A DNA stretch of 59,956 nt, filler included, from Basidiobolus meristosporus CBS 931.73 (Eukaryota > Fungi > Basidiobolomycota): the NCBI GenBank assembly GCA_002104905.1. It is 3 parts of 3 records of this genome, joined end to end, with 100 filler letters (N's around TTAATTAATTAA, not from the genome) between each part and the next. Parts side by side here need not be neighbours in the genome. Positions count along the whole stretch, not along the records: positions 1 to 28,132 come from MCFE01000890.1; 2 more parts are not named here. One strand, written 5' to 3'. This document shows, piece after piece, positions 1 to 11,105 of this stretch (the stretch's first letter is position 1; each line of letters begins with the position of its first letter). Made by a program: the position numbers and the translations under genes. Under the pieces are notes generated by a model that did not search any database, was not told the DNA's origin, and saw only the letters and a list, made by a program, of their open reading frames with translations.

Positions 1-27
1 AAGTATCTGGCAAAAAATCTAAACTGG

Positions 28-306
28 GTGCCTACCAAATTCACAATCATTCCACCAGAGTCAATGGACACTGAGCCAGGAATATTCAACAAGCCCCCAG
101 CTCACATGGCAATTATGGCTTTCTTTGCTGCCATTAAGAAACAGGCTCCAACCTATGATGTGGCCTACTTCTTGAAAGAGGAAGCAATTAGAATCCTGAA
201 AGACATTACGCAAGCTCCATTTGAAGAGTTGTGGAATAATTCTGGAAATTTACAAAGGGCAGTGCAAGAGTTTCAGCAGGAACAGGCAACCTCAGAGTCT
301 GCCTGA
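28..306 (+). CDS. LINE ORF1 C-terminal part
   Basis: Lies directly upstream of the endonuclease. F..IK...P...V..FLK segment resembles the ORF at 9860-10588. Confidence 0.6.
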   Translation: MPTKFTIIPPESMDTEPGIFNKPPAHMAIMAFFAAIKKQAPTYDVAYFLKEEAIRILKDITQAPFEELWNNSGNLQRAVQEFQQEQATSESA

Positions 307-311
307 CTACA

Positions 312-3154
312 GAACATACTCTTACTCAACTGCAACTCCATCACTCCAACTGTAGCTGAATTAGAAAACTTACTGAAAAAGGAATATTCCTTGCTCCTAC
401 TAATTGATGTTAAGTTGCCAAAACTTCCCTCTAGACTGAATGCATATTCATCTGCTCACCCAAAATTCCAGCTCACTCAATGGCACTTGTTGCTCTTTCA
501 TCTTCTAAGCTTGCACCCTCAGCAAATGTATCCATCATCTATGAGTATTACTGCTATGCTCTAACACTTCCAACTATAGTAGCCATTATTATCTATCTCC
601 CTCCATCTCTGTCTAACTCCATAACACTGGCAATTTTCTTGGCCACATCAGAATTCATTAACAGCTCATCAATCCCTTGTATGGTAGTGGGAGATATAAA
701 TATTCCCCACCCTGAAAATATCACCACTATTTCATCCAGACTTAGAACCCAAGAGGAGCACTTTACAAAGTTCCTCCGACAAAACCATCTGGTCACTGTA
801 AACACTCAGCAAGCTCAACGTTGTGTTGACTGGGTAACAGCTACTCCTGCTGCCTTACAGTACATCCACCAGGTTACAAGCATTCCAGAGGATATCAGCT
901 GTGGTTCACTAGAGAAATCTGATCACAAGCCAATACATATTATCATTTCTGCCAGAAAAACCCTACCAATTGGCACCCTTCTTCAGCCATTTACAATCCT
1001 GCCAGCCAAAGCTTCAGTATCACAGACACAGGACTTTGCCAACTACCTATCCTTGCTTACAGAATATGCATTTCCCAGCTTACCTGCATGGATTTGTGAT
1101 GATGTAAATGCATTATGGCTATTTTACCAGCATTTCATCATAATCACTGGCTGTCTGGCCCTGCCCACCAAGTCCTACCAAAAGCCATCTGCAAACCAAC
1201 TTAAATGGAAATCCATCATTTCTGCCTTAAATTCCAGCTACCTATGTTTCCCTAACCCAAAAACACAGAACCTCCTGGAAAGCGCAATCTCCTACTCCAA
1301 GTCACTACAGATCACTGAGCATACTAGATTATGGGCTCATATCATGGATACCTTGCCCTTAGTAAATATGAATGCCACCACAAGGTCTATATCAAGAGTA
1401 TACAAAGCCATGAGACCCCAAGCAAGGAGTATACCATCACCAGACAAACTGGCCCCTATATTCTTTGATTCAACCGTGCATCCCACTCCTCCTTTCTACC
1501 ATACTGGTAACATATCCAGCAGTCCAACATCTCCAATTTTGGTTTCAGCAAAGCTTCTGGAGAAAATTTTAAAGAAGCTTCCTGCAAATACTGCACCTGG
1601 ACATGACTTGATTACCTACAATCTACTCCGGGTGTGCTACTCCAAAATGAGTCACTTACTTCTCCCATTCTACTCTATCTGTGCCCAACAATTGACTACC
1701 CCAAAGGCCTGGTCACAGGCAAATGTAATACCCTTATACAAAGGGAAGGGGAAACACTCACTCCCAGGTTCTTACCGGCCAGTTTTGCTCCTACCAACCT
1801 GCCGGAAAATATTTGAGCTTATAATAGCAAGATCCTTGCAATCTCAACTATATCCATTCCATCCTTCCCAGTTTGGCTTCTTGCCCAAACTCTCCTTGGA
1901 TATGGCTGTAGTGCTAAGCCATGATCATTCACTTCAATTCTCATTGCCAACCATTCTGTTTGACATTACTAAAGCCTTTGACTCTGTGGACAGAGCTCTG
2001 CTTTGGAGAAAGCTATTAGCAGTTACCACACTACCAATGACCCTTCTTGTACGTTCTCTATTTTGTGAGAACTCAGCCAAAATTTTGCATCCAAGTTGTA
2101 CATCAGAGACTTATGAGGTTCCAAATGGAGTAGTCCAAGGATCTGTACTAGGTCCCTTACTATTTGTGATATTCCTACACGACTTTCCTTTATTTCCAAA
2201 AGGCCCCTCACCAGACTCTCCCTATCCACTACTAACTCTCTATGTGGATGATATCAAGATTGCTACTCCTAATCCCATAGCAGACACTGCCATCATTGAG
2301 AAGTACTTGGCTGCCAACAACCTCTCACTCTCAATTTCCAAGACAGTCCCAATTGGGTGCACTACAACTATACAGAACACTAGCATTCTGCCACAACAAA
2401 CTGCAATATATCTAGGTCTGCCGTTTTGTCAACATGGGATTGACTCAAAGCTCCACCTGAATAATAGGATCCGTCTTGCCCAACAGGCTCTCAAAAAGCT
2501 TCTGGTAGTAGTCACTCCAGACACTCCAATTCAAAAGATCCCAATACTTCTGAAGCAGTATGTACTGCCGGTACTTGAATTTGGTCTCCACATTATACCC
2601 CTAACCTCCAGAGAACTTCACCGCCTGGATAAATTTCTCCATCAGTGTATCAGATCCTTGGTACCTTATCTTCCAGTATCTCCCTATATCCATGCAACTA
2701 ATGGAGTTTTGGGTTCTACCCATACCAAATCCAAATGATCTATCTCTGTGCTTCCTTCCTAGTCAAACTTCAGAAATCACATAACCCCTCCATCAAACAA
2801 TGGCTTCAATCTAACTCCTCCCTGAAATCTTCTTGCTGGCACACCCTGGTTGGCTCTGCTGTAGTAACAGAGCTTGCTTCAAAACTTCAAAAAGCTGAGA
2901 AACCAAGACTACTGGCTCAGGACCATCTAAGATCTATGTGGCAGAGCTACTTACAAGTCCACACATCTTTCCTACTACACCTAATTCCAGGCTGGGTTCC
3001 AGTCTTGGATTATATTGATCAGAAACATCTACAATTTGTACTTCCCCCAAAACCCCTGAATTTTATATTTACCTCTGATGAGCTTCACTTTATTGAAACA
3101 AACATTAGAGATGAAACAAAACATAGATTAGATTACTTATTAGAGAGGTTCTAG
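312..3154 (+). pseudogene. LINE ORF2 (APE endonuclease-RT), frameshifted at ~478 and ~2735
   Basis: ORFs 480-2738 and 2735-3154 with the motifs above. Confidence 0.85.
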
Positions 3155-3369
3155 ACCTCTTAATTGGCTTCTTTATTTGTACTTAGATTAGTTCTTAACT
3201 CAAATAAAGATTTCACCAACTTGGTGACTTTCCCTCCCCCTACCCAGTAAGACCATGGGCACTATGCCGCAAGATATTTTCAGTCTCAGCACTTCCTTTG
3301 CCTTCCTCTCGTGCCACTGAGAGATTGCTGCCAATTCATTAAGAATGCGCCCTAGTAGCTGCTTTGTAC

Positions 3370-3785
3370 TCATTTCTTCCTGACTTGGATTGGGAGGTAA
3401 GTCCAGATCTGATTATTGACATCATAGGTGAATGTAACATTTGCATTGTTGATGTATTGGATTTGGTTGCCATACTCGTTTACCACAGCAATAAAGTTTT
3501 CTCCAAGCTCCTGTATTGCTGAGTGTTCATATTGTCTTTCCCAATCACCAGTTTGCAATTTTAAACAGTAGAACTTGTTTAAAAACTCCCATTTGGTTGG
3601 GTATAAGGTGGTTCCAATGGTGTAGGATAGCCGCCCAGCAAGAATAAGCAATCAAATGCGTACGTAAGAACTGCCCAACCTCTTGCTGAAGGCATATTCA
3701 CCGGATTATTCAAGAATGGCCTTGTCTCCAATACTCTGGAGCATCCATTGCCATCTTTGTACGTGATTACGTCCAGCTTGCTCAT
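3370..3785 (-). pseudogene. Kelch/beta-propeller-like fragment, frameshifted
   Basis: PSARGWAVLTYAFDCLFLLGGY resembles a kelch repeat; the second ORF ends TYDVNNQIW. Confidence 0.4.
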
Positions 3786-4714
3786 TCTTCTATTGATTGT
3801 CTCCCCACTCTTGCTTCGTATCGCTTTTTTCCCCCGTTTTTTGGCACTTTCATGTTGCCCTGAGTATTCTCTACGGCTCAGCTCAAAACCATCATATATG
3901 TACAGATTCTTGTGTCACTAGCACAGCTGTTGCCAATTAAAATCACCCCTTTGGCTGCCTCTGTAGTTGATATGTTGTCTGGAGTTGGAGAACTGTCACT
4001 GTGATGTCTTCATCACCATGTAGATCTGCAAGTGATCATTGAACTTTGAGCTGGCTCATAGAGTATTCCACGGCCGGATGTTTCTTCAGCTATATGCTCA
4101 TCATAGGTGATATTTGCTTCTGATGCTCACAGATACCCTCCATATAATAGCAGTTCTCATAGACGGGGTATGGTCATTGAGCAATAGCTGCGTTTTGTTA
4201 CACCTGCCACCGTTGCCAGTAAACGCCAAATTTTCCGATGTCTTGTAACTGCTGGCTTCTAATGCCATTGGGATAGGGATACAACAACTGCTGCGTGATT
4301 TATGTGATGGTGAATACTTGATAATACACCACAACTTGAAAGCTCTTAAGTACTACATACTTTACATATATTAGTCTGTAAATCGTCAATCTTATCAGTT
4401 CAACTTATTACTTGTCAATTCATTGATTTGGGATGGTGGAAATTCTTTATTTACTCAAGTTAGCCAGAGGATGGCGGTGGTGATGGGGGCACAGATAGTG
4501 ATGATGGGGGAAGTGATAGCGATGAATCAACCTGTGGTATTTTTAAGATGACAATATGACTTGGTCTCTCCGCCTCCATTACAGTTTCTGGTTGGCCTAT
4601 AGTATCCCCACTCTGCTTCTCCACGACTTCTTCGCACACTTCCATATCAACCTGCATGGGGCCATTCTCATTGTTGTGGAGGATTCTGCTCTTGTCTCTT
4701 GGCTTGTGGTAGGT

Positions 4715-5945
4715 TCAAGGGAGGAAGTAGTATCCCCTCCAATACTGTCGCTTGCAAGTACACCTGGGTCTGGAAGATGCACCCTGCTCATTGCTTGCCC
4801 TGATGCGGGCAAACTTTTCCACCATTTGTGCCACTAATGCCTCAGTAGAATGGTGGAAACTGAAATCAATCTGGGCTTGAAGTCCAGCAATATCCCGATT
4901 TAGCTTTACAATATCACCCCTCCTCTGTTTAATCTCCTGGCACATTCGTCGCAATATCTCATGGTGCAATGTTGTCCTATATTCCGGAAGCTCTTGTTGC
5001 AAACCTCTGACAATGCTTGGGAAACTTGGTTGACCAGGCCGCCTGGTAGTGACTACAGCAACTTGCTCAGCATCATCCACGTTTGCTGCAACACCTCCTT
5101 CACGCTCCTCTTGGATTTGGCCACTTCCTTGCCCTCTTCCTCTTCTGCGCCCGGTTCCGCATCCTCTTCCGCGTCCTTGTCCCCTTCCTCGCTCTCTTTA
5201 GTACTCTACCTTCACTCCTGGCATCTACCCGGCTACTGCCTGCTTCCATGCTTCTTGTTTTTTATGAAGGATTATGTCTCCTTTCTCCACTTTTATACTC
5301 ATTTGGATGATGTTGGTGGCCCATTCATCATATCTTTCCTTTGAGGTTACTGAGCTTCTTGCTCCTACGTAACATCCATCTAGCCAGTATTTGAATGCAT
5401 TTGATGTACACATAAGTTAACTTTATTCTGTTCTTATTAACACCCTTTTATTTTATTAAAATGCAAAACTACATTGGCAAAATTATTTGGTTTCTGTAAT
5501 TGTCAATTCTTGTTCTGTCTCTTGGCTGTGCAACTGTTTCTCTACCTGATCTAAGAAGTGATGCAATTGACTATCACTTAATTTATCAGTCTCTGCCTGA
5601 TTCTCCTTCATACGCTTATAATCCAAATAAGCCACTTGGAGTACTTTATAGTGTGGCAAAGAAGAACTAAGCTGAAGTTCATTTCGGAACTTGCTCAATC
5701 GCATTGGTTCGTTTTCTCCTCAGGACAACTGAGTCATCTGCCAATTTTTTCCGAGTTTTCTCCAGGTATTTGGGACTTCCAAAGGTACCACTACCAGAAT
5801 TGGTAATTGTACTGCTCTTCTTGCCGCAATCTTTGTCTATAATAGACTCTTGGTCTTCCTTTGGAGCGCGAGGACTGCTATGGTAGAGGCAGCTTCCTCT
5901 TTTGGTCTTGATCCCCAAGTAGCGGTCCTTAAGCTTTCCCTTCAT
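4715..5945 (-). pseudogene. Degraded ORFs of unknown function (RG-rich, coiled-coil and Ser-rich segments)
   Basis: Read-through of 5340->4715 gives RERGRGQGRGRGCGTGRRRGRGQG then a helical region, interrupted by stops. Confidence 0.3.
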
Positions 5946-6404
5946 GACTTGTTTATTGTCCGTGTTGGTGCTCTACTCAGTGGAGTGTCAGTGAGTGCTG
6001 TTTGTCTACTAGTTGTTCTCTTCTGTCCTGTAGATTTATATTACTTTCATATACACTTACTTCATCACAGTTCACTTTTGCCTCTCTTGTGACTGTACTC
6101 TGGTTTCATTCCTTGACGGCTAGACAAAACCAAGGCCATCGCATATTGGGTGCGGTGGTTTAGTGATCAAAGAGCAAGCTATTGATGCTAATATTGATTT
6201 TGAGCATATTGTCTAGGAATATCTTGGAACCAACTAGAGTAAATATTTACTCAATAATTCACATAGTACCACTATTTGCGGATCAATACTTGCTAACAAC
6301 AAAGCAATGCTTTTCTATGATGTTCCATTCCCACGCAGCTGTTTGTTGATAGTCCATACAATACACAAGTGAGCGTTTAAAGTAAGCATCCACACTACTT
6401 TCTG

Positions 6405-7115
6405 GGGGTATGGTTACCGCGCACTATGAAAGTGCATTAAGGACTCATGTAAAACTATCATGATGAAAAATAAAAGCACTTTATTACCGCGTGGCTGATA
6501 ATTGATAACTCCCGCTAGACACAAGTAAACGTAGCAAGTGGGTATCCTTAAAACCTGTTGGGGTATGGTTACCGCGCACTATAAAAGTGCGTGAGGGACT
6601 CATGTAAAACTATCATGATGAAAAATAAAAGCACTTTATTACCGCGCGGCTGATGATTGATAACTCCCGCTAGACACAAGTAAACATAGCAAGTGGGTAT
6701 CCTTAAAACCGGTTGGGGTATGGTTACCGCGCACTATGAAAGTGCGTTAAGGACTCATGTAAAACTATCATGATGAAAAATAAAAGCACTTTATTACCGC
6801 ACGGCTGATGATTGATAACTCCTGCTAGACACAAGTAAACGTAGCAAGTGGGTATCCTTAAAACCTGTTGGGGTATGGTTACCGCGCACTATGAAAGTGC
6901 GTTAAGGACTCATGTAAAACTATCATGATGAAAAATAAAAGCACTTTATTACCGCGCGGCTGATGATTGATGACTCCCGCTAGATACAAGTAAACGTAGC
7001 AAGTGGGTGTCCTTAAAACCTGTTGGGGTATGGTTACCGCGCACTATAAAAGTGCGTTAGGGATTCATACAAAACTAGCATGATGAAAAATAAAAGCACT
7101 TTTGTACCACGTGGC
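6405..7115. repeat. 155-bp tandem repeat, ~4.6 copies
   Basis: GGGGTATGGTTACCGC recurs at 6405, 6560, 6715, 6870 and 7025. Confidence 0.95.
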
Positions 7116-7632
7116 TAAGTTTTACAATTCCCGCGGGATACATGTGCGCATAGAACATAAGTAGTAGTTGCGATGGTGTCAAATAAAGTTTCTATTATAG
7201 CCATAATATATATTGAACTTTGGGATACACTTTATATTTGGTAAAAGCAATTGGGTTACAGAAAATTTGTATTGGCCATGAATTTTTTTATCATATTAGG
7301 GCCGCGCAATTTATGGTGCCCGAAGCTTATCAAAATATGGGATTGTGGTCAGATTGGGATGAATCCCATTGATTATTAGATATACATTAAAAATAACAAT
7401 TTATTAATTAAATAGTCATCAAGACTTATACAGAGCGTATGGACAGTATAGGGAGATAAATATTGGCCCAGACATGCCCACCGTATGAGCAGACAATGTG
7501 CCAATTGTAGGGTAAAAATATTTATCGTTAGGGTGATAAGGGTTAGGAGGAGGAGTTCTAACCCTAAGGGACCAGAACCAAGAATGAGTGAAAAGTAATC
7601 CAACAGGAGTTTAAAGAGTATGGGAGCAGTAT

Positions 7633-8084
7633 GGGGGATTGCATCCCCCAAACCCCCTGCTTTTTTATTCTCTAGGGGACTGCGTCCCCCAGACCCCCTG
7701 CTCTTCTAACCTTTTCCTAGCCCTTACTATAACACCTACACCCTACCCTACCCTAAATTTGGCCAGTGATTGCCCAGAAATTCCTCTCAGTTCCCCCAGT
7801 CTACTGGCCATTCCGGCCACAATTCAGCTACCGCAAACCAGTATAACTTAGCTCAGATATATTCAGATTCTCACTTCTCAGGCCTGGCTTTCCAGGAAAC
7901 CACTCTCAGACCTAGCTAACTAGGAAATATAGTACCACTCAGCTTCTCAACTCTCAGACCTGGCTTACCAGGAAGATATCTCTCAGACCTAGCTTTCTAG
8001 GAAAAACTTCAGAATAACTTGGCTTCTTTAGATACTTGTCATAAGTAAATAAAGATTTCACCACTTGGTGACTTTCCTCCCCTA
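7633..8084 (+). mobile_element. Non-coding SINE-like element ending in the LINE-type 3' tail
   Basis: Two GC hairpins (7633, 7675), four CCTRG-N4-CYAGG palindromes, tail at 8047-8084. Confidence 0.55.
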
Positions 8085-9286
8085 CTCAAGAAACAAGTTC
8101 AAAAGCTCTTTTCTGCCTTCTCTGATCTGCAAGAATTTATTGTCCCTGTGCCAACTCTTCCTGCCAACAAGACTCCCCAAGAATCATCTGCTCCTGCTCA
8201 CTCTTCCTACTCTGAAGTTGTCAAAAAGTCTGTTCCTGCTTCCTCAAGACATCCTGCCGCTCCTCCCAAGACTAAAAGAAAGTTTCCTGCCACTACTGAT
8301 TTGCCTCCTGCTACTGACTGGGCTGTCTGCTACTTTGCCAATGTGGAGTTCATTCCTATATCTGAGCATAGGATGTATCTCAAGCAACAAGGTTACAATT
8401 TATCCAAGATTGTTAACATGAGATTTATCAACAATCACACTCTGGAGGTAGTACTTGACAAAAGTATTGCTAAACAATTCTCTCAAAATGTCTCTGACCA
8501 GTTTTACTGTGAAAGCCTTTTTATGAATATGAAACAGGATCGAGACCCAGTCAATTTTAGTTTTTGATACGATTTTAATTTGGTTATGCGATAAATATAA
8601 TACATTTAAATAATAGCTTGCCATTTTGCCACTTGTACATAACGGACATTTTCATGACATATATTAAAATTGGCGTAGAGCAGTTTATATGCAATAATTA
8701 TAACATACCATTTTATAATTTGATGATAGCTTTTTAAATCTTAAAACGCATTTAAAATATTTTTTTTATGCCACACAATTAACTTTTAATATTGGCAAAG
8801 AAAAAAAAGTTTTAAAAAAATTATTTCGTGAATTAAAAAATTATATTTTGCATATCGTTAATTCCATATTTAAAATCGGAATATCGGAAAACAAAATTTT
8901 AAAAATTTATTTCGTAAATCACATTTTATATATTTTGGACATTGTTAATTCCATATTTAATATTGGACTCCAGTTTACAAGACCTTCTCATTAGAGGAAT
9001 CTCTGCTCTCAAGATTCACTTCACTTATCAAGAACTCCCCTTCACCTGCTGTTACCCACTTCCTTAAAGATTATTATATCTCTCAAGCTTATCTACTTCA
9101 CTCCCCCATGAACCTGAACTCCAGTGTACTCTGGGATACTGCCTTAACTTTAGCTTAGATTTACTCATATTCAACTTAGTATTTATTTTGGGAATCTCCT
9201 ATTCCCAACTGGCTTCTTTATTTGTAGTTAGACTTGTCTGAAATCAAATAAAGATTTCACCTACTTTGGTGACTTTCCCTCCCCTA
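8085..9286 (+). mobile_element. 5'-truncated ORF1-only non-LTR element with an internal AT-rich replacement (8510-8967)
   Basis: Near-identical to 9935-10716 except for the inserted segment; same 3' tail. Confidence 0.8.
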
Positions 9287-9288
9287 AC

Positions 9289-9818
9289 CCTTCTCTTCTC
9301 CCTGCTAATTTTCCTAACCCAGGAATAATCCATCCATCTACCCTTGTCCATCCATCTATAAATTCTGACTTCTGGAATTTTTGCTCCTTCCTTCTCTTCT
9401 CCCTGCGAATTTTCCTAACCCAGGAATAATCCATCCATCTACCCTTGTCCATCCATCTATAAATTCTGACTTCTGGAATTTTTGCTCCTTCCTTCTCTTC
9501 TCCCTGCTAATTTTCCTAACCCAGGAATAATCCATCCATCTACCCTTGTCCATCCATCTATAAATTCTGACTTCTGGAATTTTTGCTCCTTCCTTCTCTT
9601 CTCCCTGCTAATTTTCCTAACCCAGGAATAATCCATCCATCTACCCTTGTCCATCCATCTATAAATTCTGACTTCTGGAATTTTTGCTCCTTCCTTCTCT
9701 TCTCCCTGCTAATTTTCCTAACCCAGGAATAATCCATCCATCTACCCTTGTCCATCCATCTATAAATTCTGACTTCTGGAATTTTTGCTCCTTCCTTCTC
9801 TTCTCCCTGCTAATTTTC
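9289..9818 (+). repeat. 101-bp pyrimidine-rich tandem repeat, 5 copies + partial (5' UTR monomers of the ORF1-only element)
   Basis: CCTTCTCTTCTCCCTGC at 9289, 9390, 9491, 9592, 9693 and 9794. Confidence 0.95.
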
Positions 9819-9859
9819 CCACCCACCCACCCCATCTTACCCTCTTCTTCTTATTTCTT

Positions 9860-10588
9860 ATGCCTTCACTCCATTCCCTTCAGATTTCCTTCCTTGAGGA
9901 AAGGCTTGCACTTGTTGAAGCTGAAAATGCTTTACTCAAGAAACAAGTTCAAAAGCTGTTTGCTGCCTTCTCTGATCTGCAAGAATCTATTGTCTCTCTG
10001 CCAGCTGTTCCTGTCAACAAGACTCCCCAAGAATCATCTGCTCCTGCTCACTCTTCCTACTCTGAAGCTGTCAAAAAGCTTGTTCCTGCTTCCTCAAGAC
10101 ATCCTGCTGATCCTCCCAAGACTAAAAGAAAGTTTCCTGCTACTTCTGATTTGCCTCCTGCTACTGACTGGGCTGTCTGCTACTTTGCCAATGTGGAGTT
10201 CATTCCTATATCTGAGCATAGGATGTATCTCAAGCAACAAGGTTACAATTTATCCAAGATTGTTAACATGAGATTTATCAACAATCACACTCTGGAGGTA
10301 GTACTTGACAAAAGTATTGCTAAACAATTCTCTCAAAATGTCTCTGACCAGTTTTACTGGGAACCTACTGACCATGCCTTTAAAGAGTTTCCTGATTCTC
10401 CAGTTTACAAGACCTTCTCATTAGAGGAATCTCTGCTCTCAAGATTCACTTCACTTATCAAGAACTCCCCTTCACCTGCTGTTACCCACTTCCTTAAAGA
10501 TTATTATATCTCTCAAGCTTATCTACTTCACTCCCCCATGAACCTGAACTCCAGTGTACTCTGGGATACTGCCTTAACTTTAGCTTAG
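9860..10588 (+). CDS. LINE ORF1-like protein (coiled coil, SYSEAVKK, RRM-like region), 242 aa
   Basis: Intact from ATG 9860 (MPSLHSLQ...) to the stop at 10588. Confidence 0.7.
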   Translation: MPSLHSLQISFLEERLALVEAENALLKKQVQKLFAAFSDLQESIVSLPAVPVNKTPQESSAPAHSSYSEAVKKLVPASSRHPADPPKTKRKFPATSDLPPATDWAVCYFANVEFIPISEHRMYLKQQGYNLSKIVNMRFINNHTLEVVLDKSIAKQFSQNVSDQFYWEPTDHAFKEFPDSPVYKTFSLEESLLSRFTSLIKNSPSPAVTHFLKDYYISQAYLLHSPMNLNSSVLWDTALTLA

Positions 10589-10756
10589 ATTTATTCATAT
10601 TCAACTTAGTGTTTACTTTGGGAATCTTCTATTCCCAGCTGGCTTCTTTATTTGTAGTTAGACTTGTCTGAAATCAAATAAAGATTTCACCTACCTTGGT
10701 GACTTTCCCTCCCCTACCTTAGAACCAGATTATATCTCAGACTTCACCACTGCAAC

Positions 10757-11105
10757 TGTTGTAAAAATTTGTAATTCCACCTAAATATCCACCTAACTTA
10801 GTCACTTAGATCATCACCTTCAAATCCTAGAGAATACTGACCAAATTCCTTGTTGGGATATACTTAGAATATTTTCACCAAAATACCAGGTACCCAGAAC
10901 ATGAAAATTCTCAAAGTTGTCCAAACAGCCCCAAACTTTGCGTACATGTTCTTGGGACCTTTCTTAACCTATTCTACATGTTTGTAATGCCAAGACCATG
11001 TAAAAGTATAAATACTACTTTTACATTTATCAAATCATTAAGTGAAAACCACATAATCTACTTGTCCTCCCAATCACTTCCAATATCTCCAAGACTCTTA
11101 CAACA
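10757..11105 (+). repeat. copia 5' LTR
   Basis: Direct repeat of 15090-15420; TGTTG..CAACA ends. Confidence 0.9.

Larger units (their letters stand above)
1..3242 (+). mobile_element. Non-LTR retrotransposon (LINE) with ORF1 3' end, APE endonuclease + reverse transcriptase, and 3' hairpin tail; 5' end lies outside the window
   Basis: ORF1 C-terminus to 306. APE-like start NILLLNCNS at ~312, frameshifting into ORF 480-2738, which has VVGDIN, SDHKPI, YRPV.LLP, DITKAFDSV, GVVQGSVLGPLLF and YVDD motifs. Tail AATAAAGATTTCACC..GGTGACTTTCCCTCCCCCTA at 3202-3242. Confidence 0.92.
9287..10716 (+). mobile_element. ORF1-only non-autonomous non-LTR retroelement (HAL1/HeT-A-like organisation)
   Basis: 5' monomers, one intact ORF, then directly the LINE-type 3' tail; no RT. 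Confidence 0.75.

Noticed and set aside
6640-6700. CTGATGA in the 155-bp unit as a hammerhead ribozyme core
   Set aside because: No stem II followed by GAAA; the motif is degenerate in the first unit.
9281-9330. CCCTAACCC motifs as telomeric repeats
   Set aside because: Single isolated hexamers inside a pyrimidine-rich monomer, with no (CCCTAA)n tract.
6405-9818. CRISPR-like arrays (155-bp and 101-bp repeats)
   Set aside because: Whole units repeat with no unique spacers, there are no cas genes, and the context is eukaryotic.
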